A stretch of 63,886 nucleotides of DNA, the filler included, from Sphacelaria rigidula (taxonomy: Eukaryota), in the NCBI GenBank assembly GCA_964200075.2. It is 6 parts of 6 records of this genome, joined end to end, with 100 filler letters (N's around TTAATTAATTAA, not from the genome) between each part and the next. Parts side by side here need not be neighbours in the genome. Positions count along the whole stretch, not along the records: positions 1 to 10,566 come from CAXNAA020006265.1; positions 10,667 to 21,231 come from CAXNAA020006266.1; 4 more parts are not named here. One strand, given 5' to 3'. This document shows positions 1 to 11,262 of the stretch, in pieces. The translations under genes were made by a program, and so were the position numbers. A model generated the notes under the pieces. The model searched no databases. It was not told the DNA's origin and saw only the letters and a program-made list of their open reading frames with translations. Every line of letters begins with the position of its first letter. Position 1 is the first letter of the stretch.

Positions 1-504
1 ATACCACGGTATGGGATACCCCGGTAAATACCGGGGGTACGCTCGGTACGGTACCTTACCTACGGTGCCTGTGCAGGATTGGATTGAAAATGGAGTGTTT
101 TTGTTGAAGTTGAAGTTGCTCCATGCTCAAACCTGGCACGCCCCGCTCTTGTAAGCCCCGTGTGCAGCAGTACACAAGCTGTACGAGACCCGTGTTGGCA
201 GGTAGAGATGCCGTAGCGTGCGGTCGAATAAGGTCTCCAGAAGTTGTGGTGTACACGTACCGGGATGGTGAGATGGCGGAAGCCAGGGGGGGTGCAACAG
301 ACTTCTTTTCAAATTTGTTCTTGATTCATTTGGGTCTACATTCGTTGTCTCTAGTGCAGTACCGCTGCTGTAATCGTGCATTTGGTAATGCTGCTCTGGT
401 ACTGCTGTATACAGCAGCCGTACATGACGCCACGGAAATCACATGTGATCACATGCTCTTCTTTCAGTAGCGCTGCTCTTATTCCGAATATATTATGAGT
501 TTTT

Positions 505-650
505 ACCCGCTTTAGCGGTTGTATCACCGCTGAACCAGACATCAGAAGAGCGGTTAACAACCACTAAACCGGTTCAGCGGGGGTGCCCGGTTCAGCGGTT
601 ATTTTCCGTGTTGGCCCTACGCTGAACCGGGACCCCCACTGTAGCGGTAT
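505..650. repeat. Cluster of direct and inverted ACCGCTGAACC/GGTTCAGCGGT motifs
   Basis: accgctgaacc, ccggttcagcgg (twice) and cgctgaaccggg within ~150 bp; the motif recurs at ~4307. Confidence 0.55.
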
Positions 651-1480
651 TTCGCCTGAAAAAAAATTGGAGCAAGGTCTGACCTGTTTTCGCCCCGGTG
701 CGCGCTGCTGCAGCACGCAACTCGAGATATATGGGCATGAGACTGTTGACCAAGGTTCAGAGGATACGCGTGCAAAGCTTCAATGCCTCGCAGTTCCGGC
801 AGCGCGCGTACGGTGGTACCGAACAGTGTAGGACCTCCAAAGGCGATACTCCGATTTCTGTATAAAGTCATCATCCATAGGGTATCCCAGTACAGATCAA
901 TATTGTTCGCCAGCGCAGGAGCCGCCCTGCTGGACATTATGTGGGAGCTCTTGCAGCACCGTGTCCACATGATCTTCAACTTGGGGGAACGAGGTTTCGT
1001 TCGTAAAGCGTGATGTTTCGATCGTTTTACCAGAAATTCGGCAATCAAGGTTTTTAGGTTGGGATTGTCTCCGCACGCGGCGCCGCGTGGTGCACTTGCT
1101 GCTTGTGTCATGTCGAACCAGTGTGCCAAGTGTCATATCCGATATTGGAGGCGGGTTGGAGATTTGCACCGTCAAAGTTGTTGTAAAAACACCGAGAACG
1201 GCAGTTCTGGACTTTCGCAGGTACAGCACGGCCGGCTACGCCACGTATCCCACGAGCGGAAGCATCATGCTGCCGTGTGTTCGCCCCTTCCGCGGTACCG
1301 TACCCGTGGGGAAGATACGTGTGAAAGGGTCCGCAGGCGCCTTGCGGGTTTGATTCAGTGGCCCCTTGGTGCCTCCTCATTGAATGTTGCCGACAGCATC
1401 GTTAAGTGCAAACAGGGGTATGATGCAGACGCGTTATTGGGGGTGTGCGTGATGGTCTTCATGACGTCGTGGCTGACAGG
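617..1480 (-). pseudogene. Possible decayed Academ-type transposase fragment
   Basis: Frame-shifted pieces VPAKVQNCRSRCFYNNFDGANLQPASNIGYDTWHTGST resemble the Academ 'DNxD...TxxG..TFH' motif; NNIDLYWDTLWMMTLY...RALPELRG resembles a downstream conserved block; by-eye only. Confidence 0.4.
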
Positions 1481-1793
1481 AAAGTAAGGGTTGACGACGG
1501 CTTATTTTTGTTCACGTGTGCTGATTTCTGTAGGGCTATCGGGATTCTTAATTCGGACGTTTGAGAGTCGTTGTCAACAGCTTTATTTTTTCAGGAGTAT
1601 GCGAAAAAAAAAAAAATTCCCCAAGTTATCGAGAAACAAAAACACCAGATGTTCCGAGTAATTGGTAGTCAGTCTGCAATTGTTCTGTTCTTGGTCTGAT
1701 TCAGAAATCCGCGGTCGCGTTTTTCAGGGAGGAAGTTTCTTTCCAAAAATTCGGAAAATATGCAAACATAAAAAACGTCAACAGTGGTCGATG

Positions 1794-2264
1794 GGCCACT
1801 TCGTATGTGCCGGAAAAAAATGTGCCCTTGAAAACTGTATTTTTGGTTTTTATCCGTCGTTTTCCGCCCGAAGAGAGGGCTAGGCGGATGTTAACATCTT
1901 GGAATGACTTACTCCACTCGGTGAGACCGTTCCAGGGCACTTTTGCCTTTTTGGGTGGCCGTTTTTTTTTCCCGCCAAACTTGCATCTTCAATGACAGTC
2001 AAGTTCTCAAGGAAACTGGCAGATTCCCCCCCTGCTTTTTGATAACTCAACCACTTGTTATTGAAGATGCAAGCTTGGTAGAAGAAAATCCTGTGGCCAA
2101 CCGCAAACGCAAAAGTGCCCTGGAACGGTCCCACCGAGTAGAGCAAGTCATTCCAAGGTGTCGAAACCCACCTATTGCAGCCGTCTTTTCTGGCGTAAAA
2201 CAACGGACAAGGGCCAAGAATGCAGCTTTCAGTGAGACTTTTTTTTCACACATAAAAAGTGGCC
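1794..2264. mobile_element. Palindromic MITE family A (GGCC termini, Harbinger/Tourist-like)
   Basis: Two ~200-bp arms are reverse complements (ggccacttcgtatgtg... / ...cacataaaaagtggcc); homologous to 15983-16462. Confidence 0.8.
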
Positions 2265-4126
2265 TTACTAGCTTCTCGGAAAATGGAGCGCGTGCAAAGG
2301 TCACAGAGACTTTACTTTTGGAACAAGAAGAACGATTAATGCCAACTGCCGTGTGGATAGTCCGTGACCCTCGCCCGCGAATGGGCACCTCCGAAGTAGC
2401 AGGGCCTATCCTTCATCTCAAATCGCGTAAATAACGGCAAGAACTTCACTCACTTAAAACGTTTCCGCGTGCTCTGTGCGGCGGAGATTCGCTGTAGAAC
2501 AAATATAACGGAGAAGCGGGATGCGCCAACACAGGGGCTTGAAGTTACATACCCGCGGGGGAGGTATGCCACAACGAGCCTTGTTCGGAAGCGACAGTCT
2601 CCCCATCATCATTTTTCCTCCACCCCACCGCGGTGTAATGCGTGCGAGAGCAGAATTGATGCGCAATACAACAATAGGGACTCATGGCCCACGACCCTCC
2701 GCTCACGTCCTTCAGCGGCCCCGTTTGGGTTGCTTCAGCACGCAACACGCAGCATTACCTCAATTTCCGATCATCGTATGGCATCCGAAGCTCTAGAATT
2801 TCTCATGCTCCAATCGAGGACGAAAACTATATCAACTGCCGACAGCACAACTGACGATGTTTCGGCGTCGATCGGTAGCCGTCGATTTTGCCATCTGAAA
2901 CACGAAGCACTGCACACGAAAGCACGCCCATGCAAGCATCCACCACGGGCGCGGCCACTACGGCATCAAAATGTGCTTGCAGAATCGAAACTATGGCGTC
3001 AAGCACAGTCCACAAATGGCGCAGGTTACGATTACTTTCCAGTGTAAAGATAGTCCTCCGTGATTCCCAGCGCTACTGGCCGTATAGTTCGCCCCCCCCC
3101 GCCTCGCAAACATGGGTACCCACCTGGAGACAAGGAAGCGCATGCGGGGAATGTGAAACATACAGGCGAAGGACTGAATTAGATTGAGAAGTGTCCGAAA
3201 ACCCCGGTCCACCGGGGCAAATATACATGAATGATATATTTCAAGACCTATCTGACGCTCTATCAAAGTTGCACAATCTGACTCCGGTAACGGGCGTAGG
3301 GTATTGCGGTAGAGTACGATGAAGTGAAATATGCCCCGGGGATCGTCGCGGCCGCCGGATTGTACACCAGGAATGGCTTCTTCGCGTACGTGTGGCGTTT
3401 AAATGACCCCGCTTCGATCAACCGGAGGACTCCTGTAAAGAGAGTTGGTACAACTTATTTTTGAACTACTGCGGGACGCTGCCACATCTCATCTCTTCAC
3501 TTTCGGGCATTCTACACCGACTGTCTCGGGGTCTCCACGCTAGGATTCCCGAAACACGGCCGCGGGCGGAGAAGGGGCGAAACTTTTTCAACAGTTAATT
3601 CCTTCAATTCGAATCTCCAATGCCTATCGAACTGAGGTTGTCGCCTCAGTCCTCCCACCGTATGCGGTTGCACGCTTGACCCCTGGTGTTGGTCATGAGG
3701 AGGCTCCTCCAGTGAGGACCTACGTGCGAACAGTGGGGGTATTGATGGAGTTCACACAGAAGCTGATTCCCCTGGAATCCACCTGTGGTCGCATGATGGA
3801 TGAATCACAAATGAAACAAAACGGAAATACAGGCAGCTTATGCCGTGAGTACAAAAACTGCGGCTTGACAGTCAACGAGGGGAAGGTATGGGTGAACCCT
3901 TCTCGCAAAAAGAGAAAGCACCGCATGAGGAGCGTGGAGCACTGCATGGGTAACGTGGGGTACTGGAACAGCAATGAAACACCCCGCGTTGACCATCCTC
4001 TTGTGTCATCCCGGGTCATCCGCCCACATATACCGAAAGATGTACAGTGGCGTCCAGAACAGGTGGGGTGACGAGACACACAACGCACGCACACCATAAC
4101 TGCGATGAAATATCCCCCCGCCGCAA

Positions 4127-4284
4127 ACCAGCCTTCTTGGTGGCTCAGTTGGTAACCTCGAAACCCTGTGACGGTTGGGACGTTGCTTTGGATCTCGGGG
4201 AAGTCACACATGATTCGGGATTTTTTTCTCACACCATGTTCAACAGTACAGAGCGAGTATGTGGTGGGTACACAGAAATTCGAC
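4127..4284 (+). mobile_element. tRNA-derived SINE, diverged 5' fragment
   Basis: A-box TGGCTCAGTTGG; aligns with the reverse complement of 37918-38070. Confidence 0.75.
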
Positions 4285-4409
4285 TTCACGGTCGACGAGG
4301 GAAAGGGACCGCTGAACCCCTCTCGCGATTATAAATAAGGCAGGGAGCACAGAAGGAGGGTGGAGAACTACAGACTGGGCCAGCCTACAAGCGGATTTGT
4401 ACTTTGAAG

Positions 4410-4680
4410 GCGAATCCGCATTTTTTTTCTTGGAGTTGGAAAGTGAAATTTGGTATGGACAATGAAGAGGGCATGAAAAAAGGCTGTCTGTGAGGTCCCA
4501 ACGTTTTTTTTTTTCATGAGTTAGGGGCATTTTGCTAAAACCTCGAAACAGGTTATTGCCCTTAACTCATGAAAGAAAGAAAAAAAAGGTTGGGACCTCA
4601 CAGACAGCCTTTCTTGATGCCCTCTCGATTGTTCATACCAAATTTCACTTTCCAACTACAAAAAAAAAAGCGAATTTACG
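4410..4680. repeat. Inverted repeat with ~120-bp arms
   Basis: 4410-4531 is the reverse complement of 4557-4680 (aaggctgtctgtgaggtccca / tgggacctcacagacagcctt); related module at ~8645-8900. Confidence 0.8.
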
Positions 4681-6429
4681 TTTGAAAAACCGGGCCGGCG
4701 GAAATTCGGAACAGTATTTTGCAGGCCGTTTATAGGCCCACGTTTGGTGTGTGTGGGTTGAAACTTTGTGCGGAACCTCGCTAGGTCATGATGAACCAAG
4801 AAAAATGGGTGAGGTTGGTTTTTATTTTTATTTTTCACTTATTGAGGGGCGTTTTAGTATGGCAACGGCCATTTTTTCGAGAACGCCCGAACCTCTAATG
4901 AAAAAAAATGAAGGCTCCCCTTTTTTTTTAGATCATACCTAGGTGATTCTCCATGTTGAGTTTGAAATCACAATTCTAAATATTGAGATAAGGCCCAAGA
5001 GCAATGTACATTTCTACTCAAAACTCCCCTAAAAACACGAGAAAAGGTGGAAAAAACCCGAAAAGGCTGTGTTTTTTATTTCATTATGCACTAGCGGTTC
5101 TCCACACCAAATTTCATAGCACAGCTCTCAAAACCTGAGACGCGATATCCAGATTTAGGTCATCTAGTGCCTTTGCTCGTAATAAACTGATGTTAGTTTG
5201 GAAATTTATGTGCGCCATATCTCCAGTTGGAAAACGAATTAGGTGAAGGTGAGGGTATCTATCGTCTCCCCGTGCTACAGGGAAGGCCCACAGTAAAAAT
5301 CGTCATCATCCGCTCAATCGATCGTTCGGGGTTTCATATAGATTTTAGTGTGGACGCTATCTCCCTTAGGTATAGGAATTGCTAGACATGAGGTTTAATC
5401 AACGAGAAAAAATTGCCCCAGATTTTTGAGCAGATGGGCACCTTCCCCTTGACTAGACGATTAATACGATGTATATGCGGATCACGGCCCAACTCGTCTG
5501 CGTCGTTGAGATATCGCTTTGAGGGCTTGAATCCGTTTTTAGGCTGGCCCAGCTCGTAAAGCAATTTAAAGGAGAAAAACTAATGTGTTGGCCTTCCACC
5601 TGTGTGACCCCGGCTGATGCGCCCACACAAAACGAAAGGTGTGTACTGACGCCCAAAAGAGATGAGATAACACACAACACGTGTGATTCCTAGCGCATAC
5701 GGGTACGAAGACTCGAAGCACGTGGATACTGGGTACCACGTGGGTTCGGAATTGGTATTTTCATTTTTTTCAAAACCTGCGGGGCGGAGCACTTGGGTTC
5801 GACATTAGTTTCCTCATTTTCTTCAGAATTTACGGGCCGTTGATTGGTTGATGGTACCGCTTGAGTTCGAAATTTATACTTTAATTTTTTCGGAATCTGC
5901 AGGCCGTTGTTTGGTCGATGGCCCTCTCGCCGCTTCCGGCCACTTGTACGACATCAAACAAAAATCGGGATATATCACCCTCTTCACTCTTCACAAAGGT
6001 CAACATGGCGCCACATGCACCATGATCAGGCAGGTACTGCGGCAGGCAGTTGCTGCCGACACAAGCTTGGGTGATCACCCCGCACGAGTCTGCACACCCA
6101 CCCAGAACACCTCGATGCGCGTAATTCGCGGTAGATGTTCGCCACCGTTCGGAAATAGCAGAGAGGAGGCATTCCTCATTCCCCCTACACGACACTAATT
6201 GGCCCCACAACAGACCCCCAACACGTAGCCTAACGTTACGGACACTAGAACGAATATGAAGCCCGAATCCCACACATGTCCAACGATCATTTCCAACAGT
6301 ACTCACCACCGCGCGCCAGGCACTTCATCACGCCAGTACAACCCGTTCGAGGTAGCGGTCCACAACGCCCACGCCCCCGTCTGCGCCGTAACTAGAACAT
6401 GTGTCCGATGCGGTGCTCTCATCATGACC

Positions 6430-7312
6430 TCATTTTTCCAAATCGCTGACCGCTGATGCGCCGCTGGTGGTAGCCACAGATTCGCATGTCCTCCCTACGC
6501 CTGACCCCGACCCGACAGAGATCGATCCTCTTTGTGCATTGAGATTCGGGTCGCAACGACCCCCCTTGCATCCACATGGTATTCGGTCACTTATGCTTCT
6601 CTGCAGCTACGGGGTCGCAGCTGCATCAAAGACGTTTAATGCTGAAATAGCGTCGACGTATGCGTGGTCGGACAAGTCGAGTACGACATTCTCTTTAGCT
6701 AGTGCGTCGCCTGCCTCATCCGATCTCGTGTTCCGTCTGCGATTCTTGTACTCCAACACCGCACCTGCTCGCTTTACTTGGTACCGCAACGTATCGCGGG
6801 CGTCACGAGATGTTTTGGCCTCGTCCCGCCCATTTTCCACGTCGGCAACCTTACCGAGTTCACCAACGTAGTGGTGTTCCGCCCCCCCGCCTGCTTGTGA
6901 AGGATGCTCTCCGCCGTAACTCCGGCCCTGTGAATGTCGATTTTTCCTGTAGTTGAAGGCTACCGTATGAAACTTCACGACTTCGTCCTCGTCAAATCAG
7001 CAACCCACCTTTGTACCTCAACAGCGGCTACAGGACAAGACCCTGCACAAGCAACCCTTTCAGGAGCGTCTACCATGTCGCCAGGAAAGACAGTACGTGA
7101 AAATAGAGCAGGAAGTCACACCCGCTCAGCAAGTACACCAAGACAAACATGGCCACCTTCATGCCAGGTGTGTCCCCGCGGCATTGGGGCAAACTTCCTC
7201 CATGCACGTATCTGTACCGCAACCTGCCCCCGAGAGCGTCTTCATGCTCACCAGCCCGTGATTGAAGAGGGCAACGAGTGATGAAGCCGGGCTGATATGA
7301 TCCATTGTTCAT
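6430..7312 (-). pseudogene. Decayed AcademX-like protein C-terminus (XPG/FEN-like GCD motif + Cys-rich end)
   Basis: PGMKVAMFVLVYLLSGCDFLLYFHVLSFLATW, DTLRYQVKRAGAVLEY, DALAKENVVLDLSDHAYVD and CGCKGGRC are colinear with ORF 14032-15228; stops and frameshifts present. Confidence 0.7.
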
Positions 7313-7749
7313 CGTACCTTCACTTATCTGCTACGAAAAACACAGAACGGTCGGAGGAGAGACGTATGCAGGACAAACACGGGAATAAATAACGAGAACA
7401 GTTATTTGTGGACAATCGACCTAACGGGGGGTGCAGATAACAAATACATAACATCGCACGCATCCCCTGCTCAACCGCTAGGGGCCTTCCGCTGTACAGA
7501 TTCTGTTTCATGGATCTGACGGTGACATTGATGATTTGCAACCGTGCTTGCCGACCGACGGAACAGAGACGACAACGGATCTAGTGTGAAGGAAGTATGG
7601 AAAATGTGCACACATGCCAACGTGGATCCAAGTACTGTCTCATCTGTCCTGATTACACTAGATATGGGCCAGCGACATAACATGCTACATTACCAGCTTA
7701 TCCACACGTCAGTACCACCGCAGGTGCTGTGAGAGCCATCGTTGCGTGC

Positions 7750-8590
7750 TCATCTCCTTTTTTTTCCGGAGATCGGTTAAGTCCAGACAAATCTCGGAAA
7801 TGTTTTGGACTTGACCGATCTCCGAGAAAAATGACAGGTGTCCGAGAAAAAGGCAAGTTTGGTAAAAAAAAAATTGCGACCACCGGAAAAACTCACACGT
7901 GTGCTGGAACCGTCTCAACGAGCACAGCGAAGCATTCCAAGGTATCGAAATCCGCCTCGCTCTCTTTTACGGCGTAAAAACGACGTAGAAGCTGCAGAAA
8001 TGCACTTTTCCATGTTTCATTCTTGATTATTGTCTGCTATTCGGAGCGGCCTCACGTCAGAAAAGGACCTCAGGCCATTTCCCATTTGTGGAAAAGAATA
8101 ATCTCGTTGAAAGCTGCCTTTTTTACCTTCTGCGCCGTTTCACGCCCGAAAACAGGGCTAGGCGAATAGTGCCACCTTGGAACGACTTTCTGTACTCGTC
8201 GAGACCGTTCCAGGGCACCCTTGCGTTCTCTGTGGCCCCAGTTTTTTTCTCCACCAAATTTGCATTTTCACTAACAATCGGCTTCCGCCTTTAGCTGCCT
8301 CACCCATTGTTGCCGCCTTCTCTTTCAGCTGCCTTGACTTTCGCCGCTGGAACAGCAGACTCCTCCTCCTTTGCTTTCTTCCCTGATTTTGTTCTGTTCT
8401 TGGGAGAGGTGTGGTGACTGTAGTTTCCCTTCTTGGCACGGATGTTCGCACCCGGTGAGACCGTTCCGGAGCGCCCTTGCATTTTTTCCGGTGGCCGCAT
8501 TTTTTGTTTTGTCTAATTCGCGCTTTCAATAACAAACGGGGGGTCCCTAGCGTAAAACCACGGAGAAGGGCCAAAAAGGCAGTTTTCAAC
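7750..8590. mobile_element. Cluster of fragmented family-A MITE copies
   Basis: Centre plus right arm ending GGCC at 8051; left arm starting GGCC at 8073; further partial arms at ~8430-8590; shared gagaccgttccagggcac core. Confidence 0.7.
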
Positions 8591-10253
8591 ATTTTGTTTT
8601 TTATTTAGCCTCAATGGCCGATGATATATATATATATATATATTCGTGATGCCCTATGACAGGAATTCTTGATACCAAATTTGAAAGTTCGACTCTCAAC
8701 AGTGAGGTAAGAATTCCAGATATACAGCCTCGGCCGGTCGAGAATCTGAACAGTATTTTGTAGACCATTGATCAGCCCAGTTTTGGTACTTCGCGGTTTG
8801 GGATTTGGATCTGGAGATTTGTTTTTCATTAGTTGAGGACGTGTTAGTGTAATCATAACCATTTATTCACGAGAGCATCCATGACACACGAAAAAGGAAT
8901 ACATATCCACTTGTTTCGTTTTCAAAATACACATGAATCAGGTCCACAAAATCGCCCACCCACGATATAAGGGACGGTCCCGCCCAAAGTAGTGGGGGCA
9001 ATGGGGAATGGAGTTGAGCAAATCCCTGGGTCAGACGTGAATACAAAACTCCATTGGAAAATCCGGGTCGGTACGAAACGTGTCACCGCGACACGTCCTT
9101 CCAACCCCCCCAATGGGGTTGGCGTCGGTTGGTAATGACGCTGTAAAACACGCCACGCAGTGTCTAAGCTAGGTGACGAGGTTGCCGTTTTTATTGGCGC
9201 GCTTGCGTTTTTTTTGCGGTAACCATAATGGTGGTCGTGGTAGATTATATTGCGCGGGGCGGGAGATCCTCAACTCCTCTCAAAGGGGATGATCGTACTA
9301 CGCAAGGTTCAAATGAGACACCCATGAGGCAGTGTGTAAGCTGTGGCTATCTCAAGAGGTGGCGATACCAGAAAATGAAGCATCTCATTGAAGGCTATCA
9401 TCCAAATGCGAGATAATCAGTACGCTTGAGGCCAAACAATCTCGGTAGGGTGCAGCTCAACCTTCATGCGGCGTGCTGAATACATTGCGGCACTTCGTGC
9501 TTGGTGATCGATTGCGAGCCCGGTCCGGCGAAAACCCGGCGTGCTCCATCCCGGCTTCGTAGGGATGCAAGGTCAAGAGTCATATGACTATGGCATGCAA
9601 GATCATGATTACTCCCCCCCCCACCCCTCTCCTCCTTCATTCCCCAATCGCTACCATTCTACCAAAAACCGGGAAGCAAGATGCGACATATACACGACGG
9701 CGCCGTCGCCTTTTCTTCCTCCCAAAACAAAGAAAGGCAAGAATGAACAGGAAGGCAATGCATCCCCGTACAGCTGATGAACGGAACTCCACCGATTATA
9801 CCGAAACTTCAGGAGGCCACTGAGCGTATCACCTCATCCGTAGCCTGCTCCCCCCACGTCCCACTTCCCCCTGTATAATCATAGCAACCACTCAGGCCTC
9901 GGTTGCCATACCGTTGGTTATAGGTGCGTATACCTCTGATGTTCCTCGTACCGCCAGCGGATCTGCACTTGCGCCTCCGCTCGGTAGGTAGCCCTCTCGA
10001 ATTCCAGCCGTCGTTTCCGAGTCACCGATAAATAGCTCCGCAATTGGAGCTGGGTGTTTGACACTGGTGCTTAAAGCCTAGCTCACCAGACGGTCGCCTA
10101 CCGCTGACTGAACTGTACATCGACACCACAAGAGCACGACGCGATCGAAAATATATTGCAGTTCTAGCAACAATATGGAAGTATCTGTTGTACAGAATCA
10201 CGGTACTACTACTGCACTGATATGTCGCCCCCTCCCCCCCTCTTATGTCGTAG

Positions 10254-10410
10254 ATCGACTTCAGCGAAGAAGTGCGAAAGGAAACAGAGGAGGTGGATGA
10301 GGCGGCGCGAATCGCGAGAGAGGCTGAAAAGAAGCCGTTATGGGAGCAGCTCGCGGGAAAGCGGGACGAGAAACAGGCCAAGTTCGAGGCCGTTCGAGCT
10401 GCCATGTTCG
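10254..10410 (+). CDS. Internal exon, FAM192A/NIP30 (Fyv6) N-terminal-like protein
   Basis: Pyrimidine tract + TAG acceptor and GTACGG donor; IDFSEEVRKETEEVDEAARIAREAEKKPLWEQLAGKRDEKQAKFEAVRAAMF resembles the 'PLYEQL..xK..KQ.EF' FAM192A motif. Confidence 0.6.
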
Positions 10411-10566
10411 GTACGGCCTATTTCGAATATTTCTTCCCCCCTCCCCCCCCCCCTCGGCTCCATGCAGTACATTTTTTGACCGTGTATTCTATTGTCCAGG
10501 GTATGGACCAGTGTAGAAGCTGTGACGTGTTCTCTCTCAGTTTTGTATTTTTACACTTTAACCCCC

Positions 10567-10666
10567 NNNNNNNNNNNNNNNNNNNNNNNNNNNNNNNNNN
10601 NNNNNNNNNNTTAATTAATTAANNNNNNNNNNNNNNNNNNNNNNNNNNNNNNNNNNNNNNNNNNNN
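10567..10666. other. Artificial contig linker (N44-TTAATTAATTAA-N44)
   Basis: Identical 100-bp cassette repeated five times; the 12-mer gives stops in all six frames. Confidence 0.98.
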
Positions 10667-11026
10667 GTTCCGACGAACAAAAGAAGTGCGAGGTCGATTC
10701 TCGGCGCGATCACTTCTTCTTTCCCACAGTCGAAGAAATACCTTTCCCATAGTTGTGGAAAGAGATCAGAACGTCCACGCCCACCCCGGTCACTTCGGCA
10801 GCGTTGGCGAGGGGTAACCCGGAAAAGGCACCGAGAATACGAACTCAAGAACACTCGTGCAGTACCGGCCCACGCCAGCGGAGCTGTGGTTTTGACATAT
10901 GATACTTGTATCTGATGCTGCAGCGTTCGATCGTGGTACTGTAGCACCGTTCAACTCATCAAGTAGGTTTGTATGTCTGCGCTGACTGAGTGGCTCAGTG
11001 GTGGAGTTCGTTCCGACGAACAAAAC
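10667..11026 (+). mobile_element. Two fragments of a second tRNA-like SINE head
   Basis: GTTCCGACGAACAAAA occurs at 10667 (followed by B-box-like GGTCGATTC) and at ~11010 (preceded by A-box TGGCTCAGTGG). Confidence 0.45.
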
Positions 11027-11262
11027 ACACGATGGAAGGCACGCTTTGTCAAACGCACTGATTCTCAACCCTTCACCCATTCACCCCCCGGTCCATTCCC
11101 TCCCTGTTGACGGTAGATGTGGAGGATCCCTAAGACTCACTCACGGGGTGCAACATCTGGATGCCTGCTTGGACGTCGGCGGGGGCAGTCCGAACGTTGC
11201 ATACGACGCCAATGTCGATCCCGAGGTAACAGCGCCACGAGTCCCAGGTTGCTGCATGGTTC

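Noticed and set aside
2469..4071. Several 100-190 aa ORFs
   Set aside because: No recognisable domains or convincing splice structure; expected by chance at this GC content
617..7312. One intact Academ element spanning contig 1
   Set aside because: Fragments are in the wrong order on the minus strand and no matching TIRs were found
10611..10622. TTAATTAATTAA palindrome recurring every ~10.66 kb as a biological signal
   Set aside because: Always centred in 44+44 Ns; it is a six-frame-stop assembly linker
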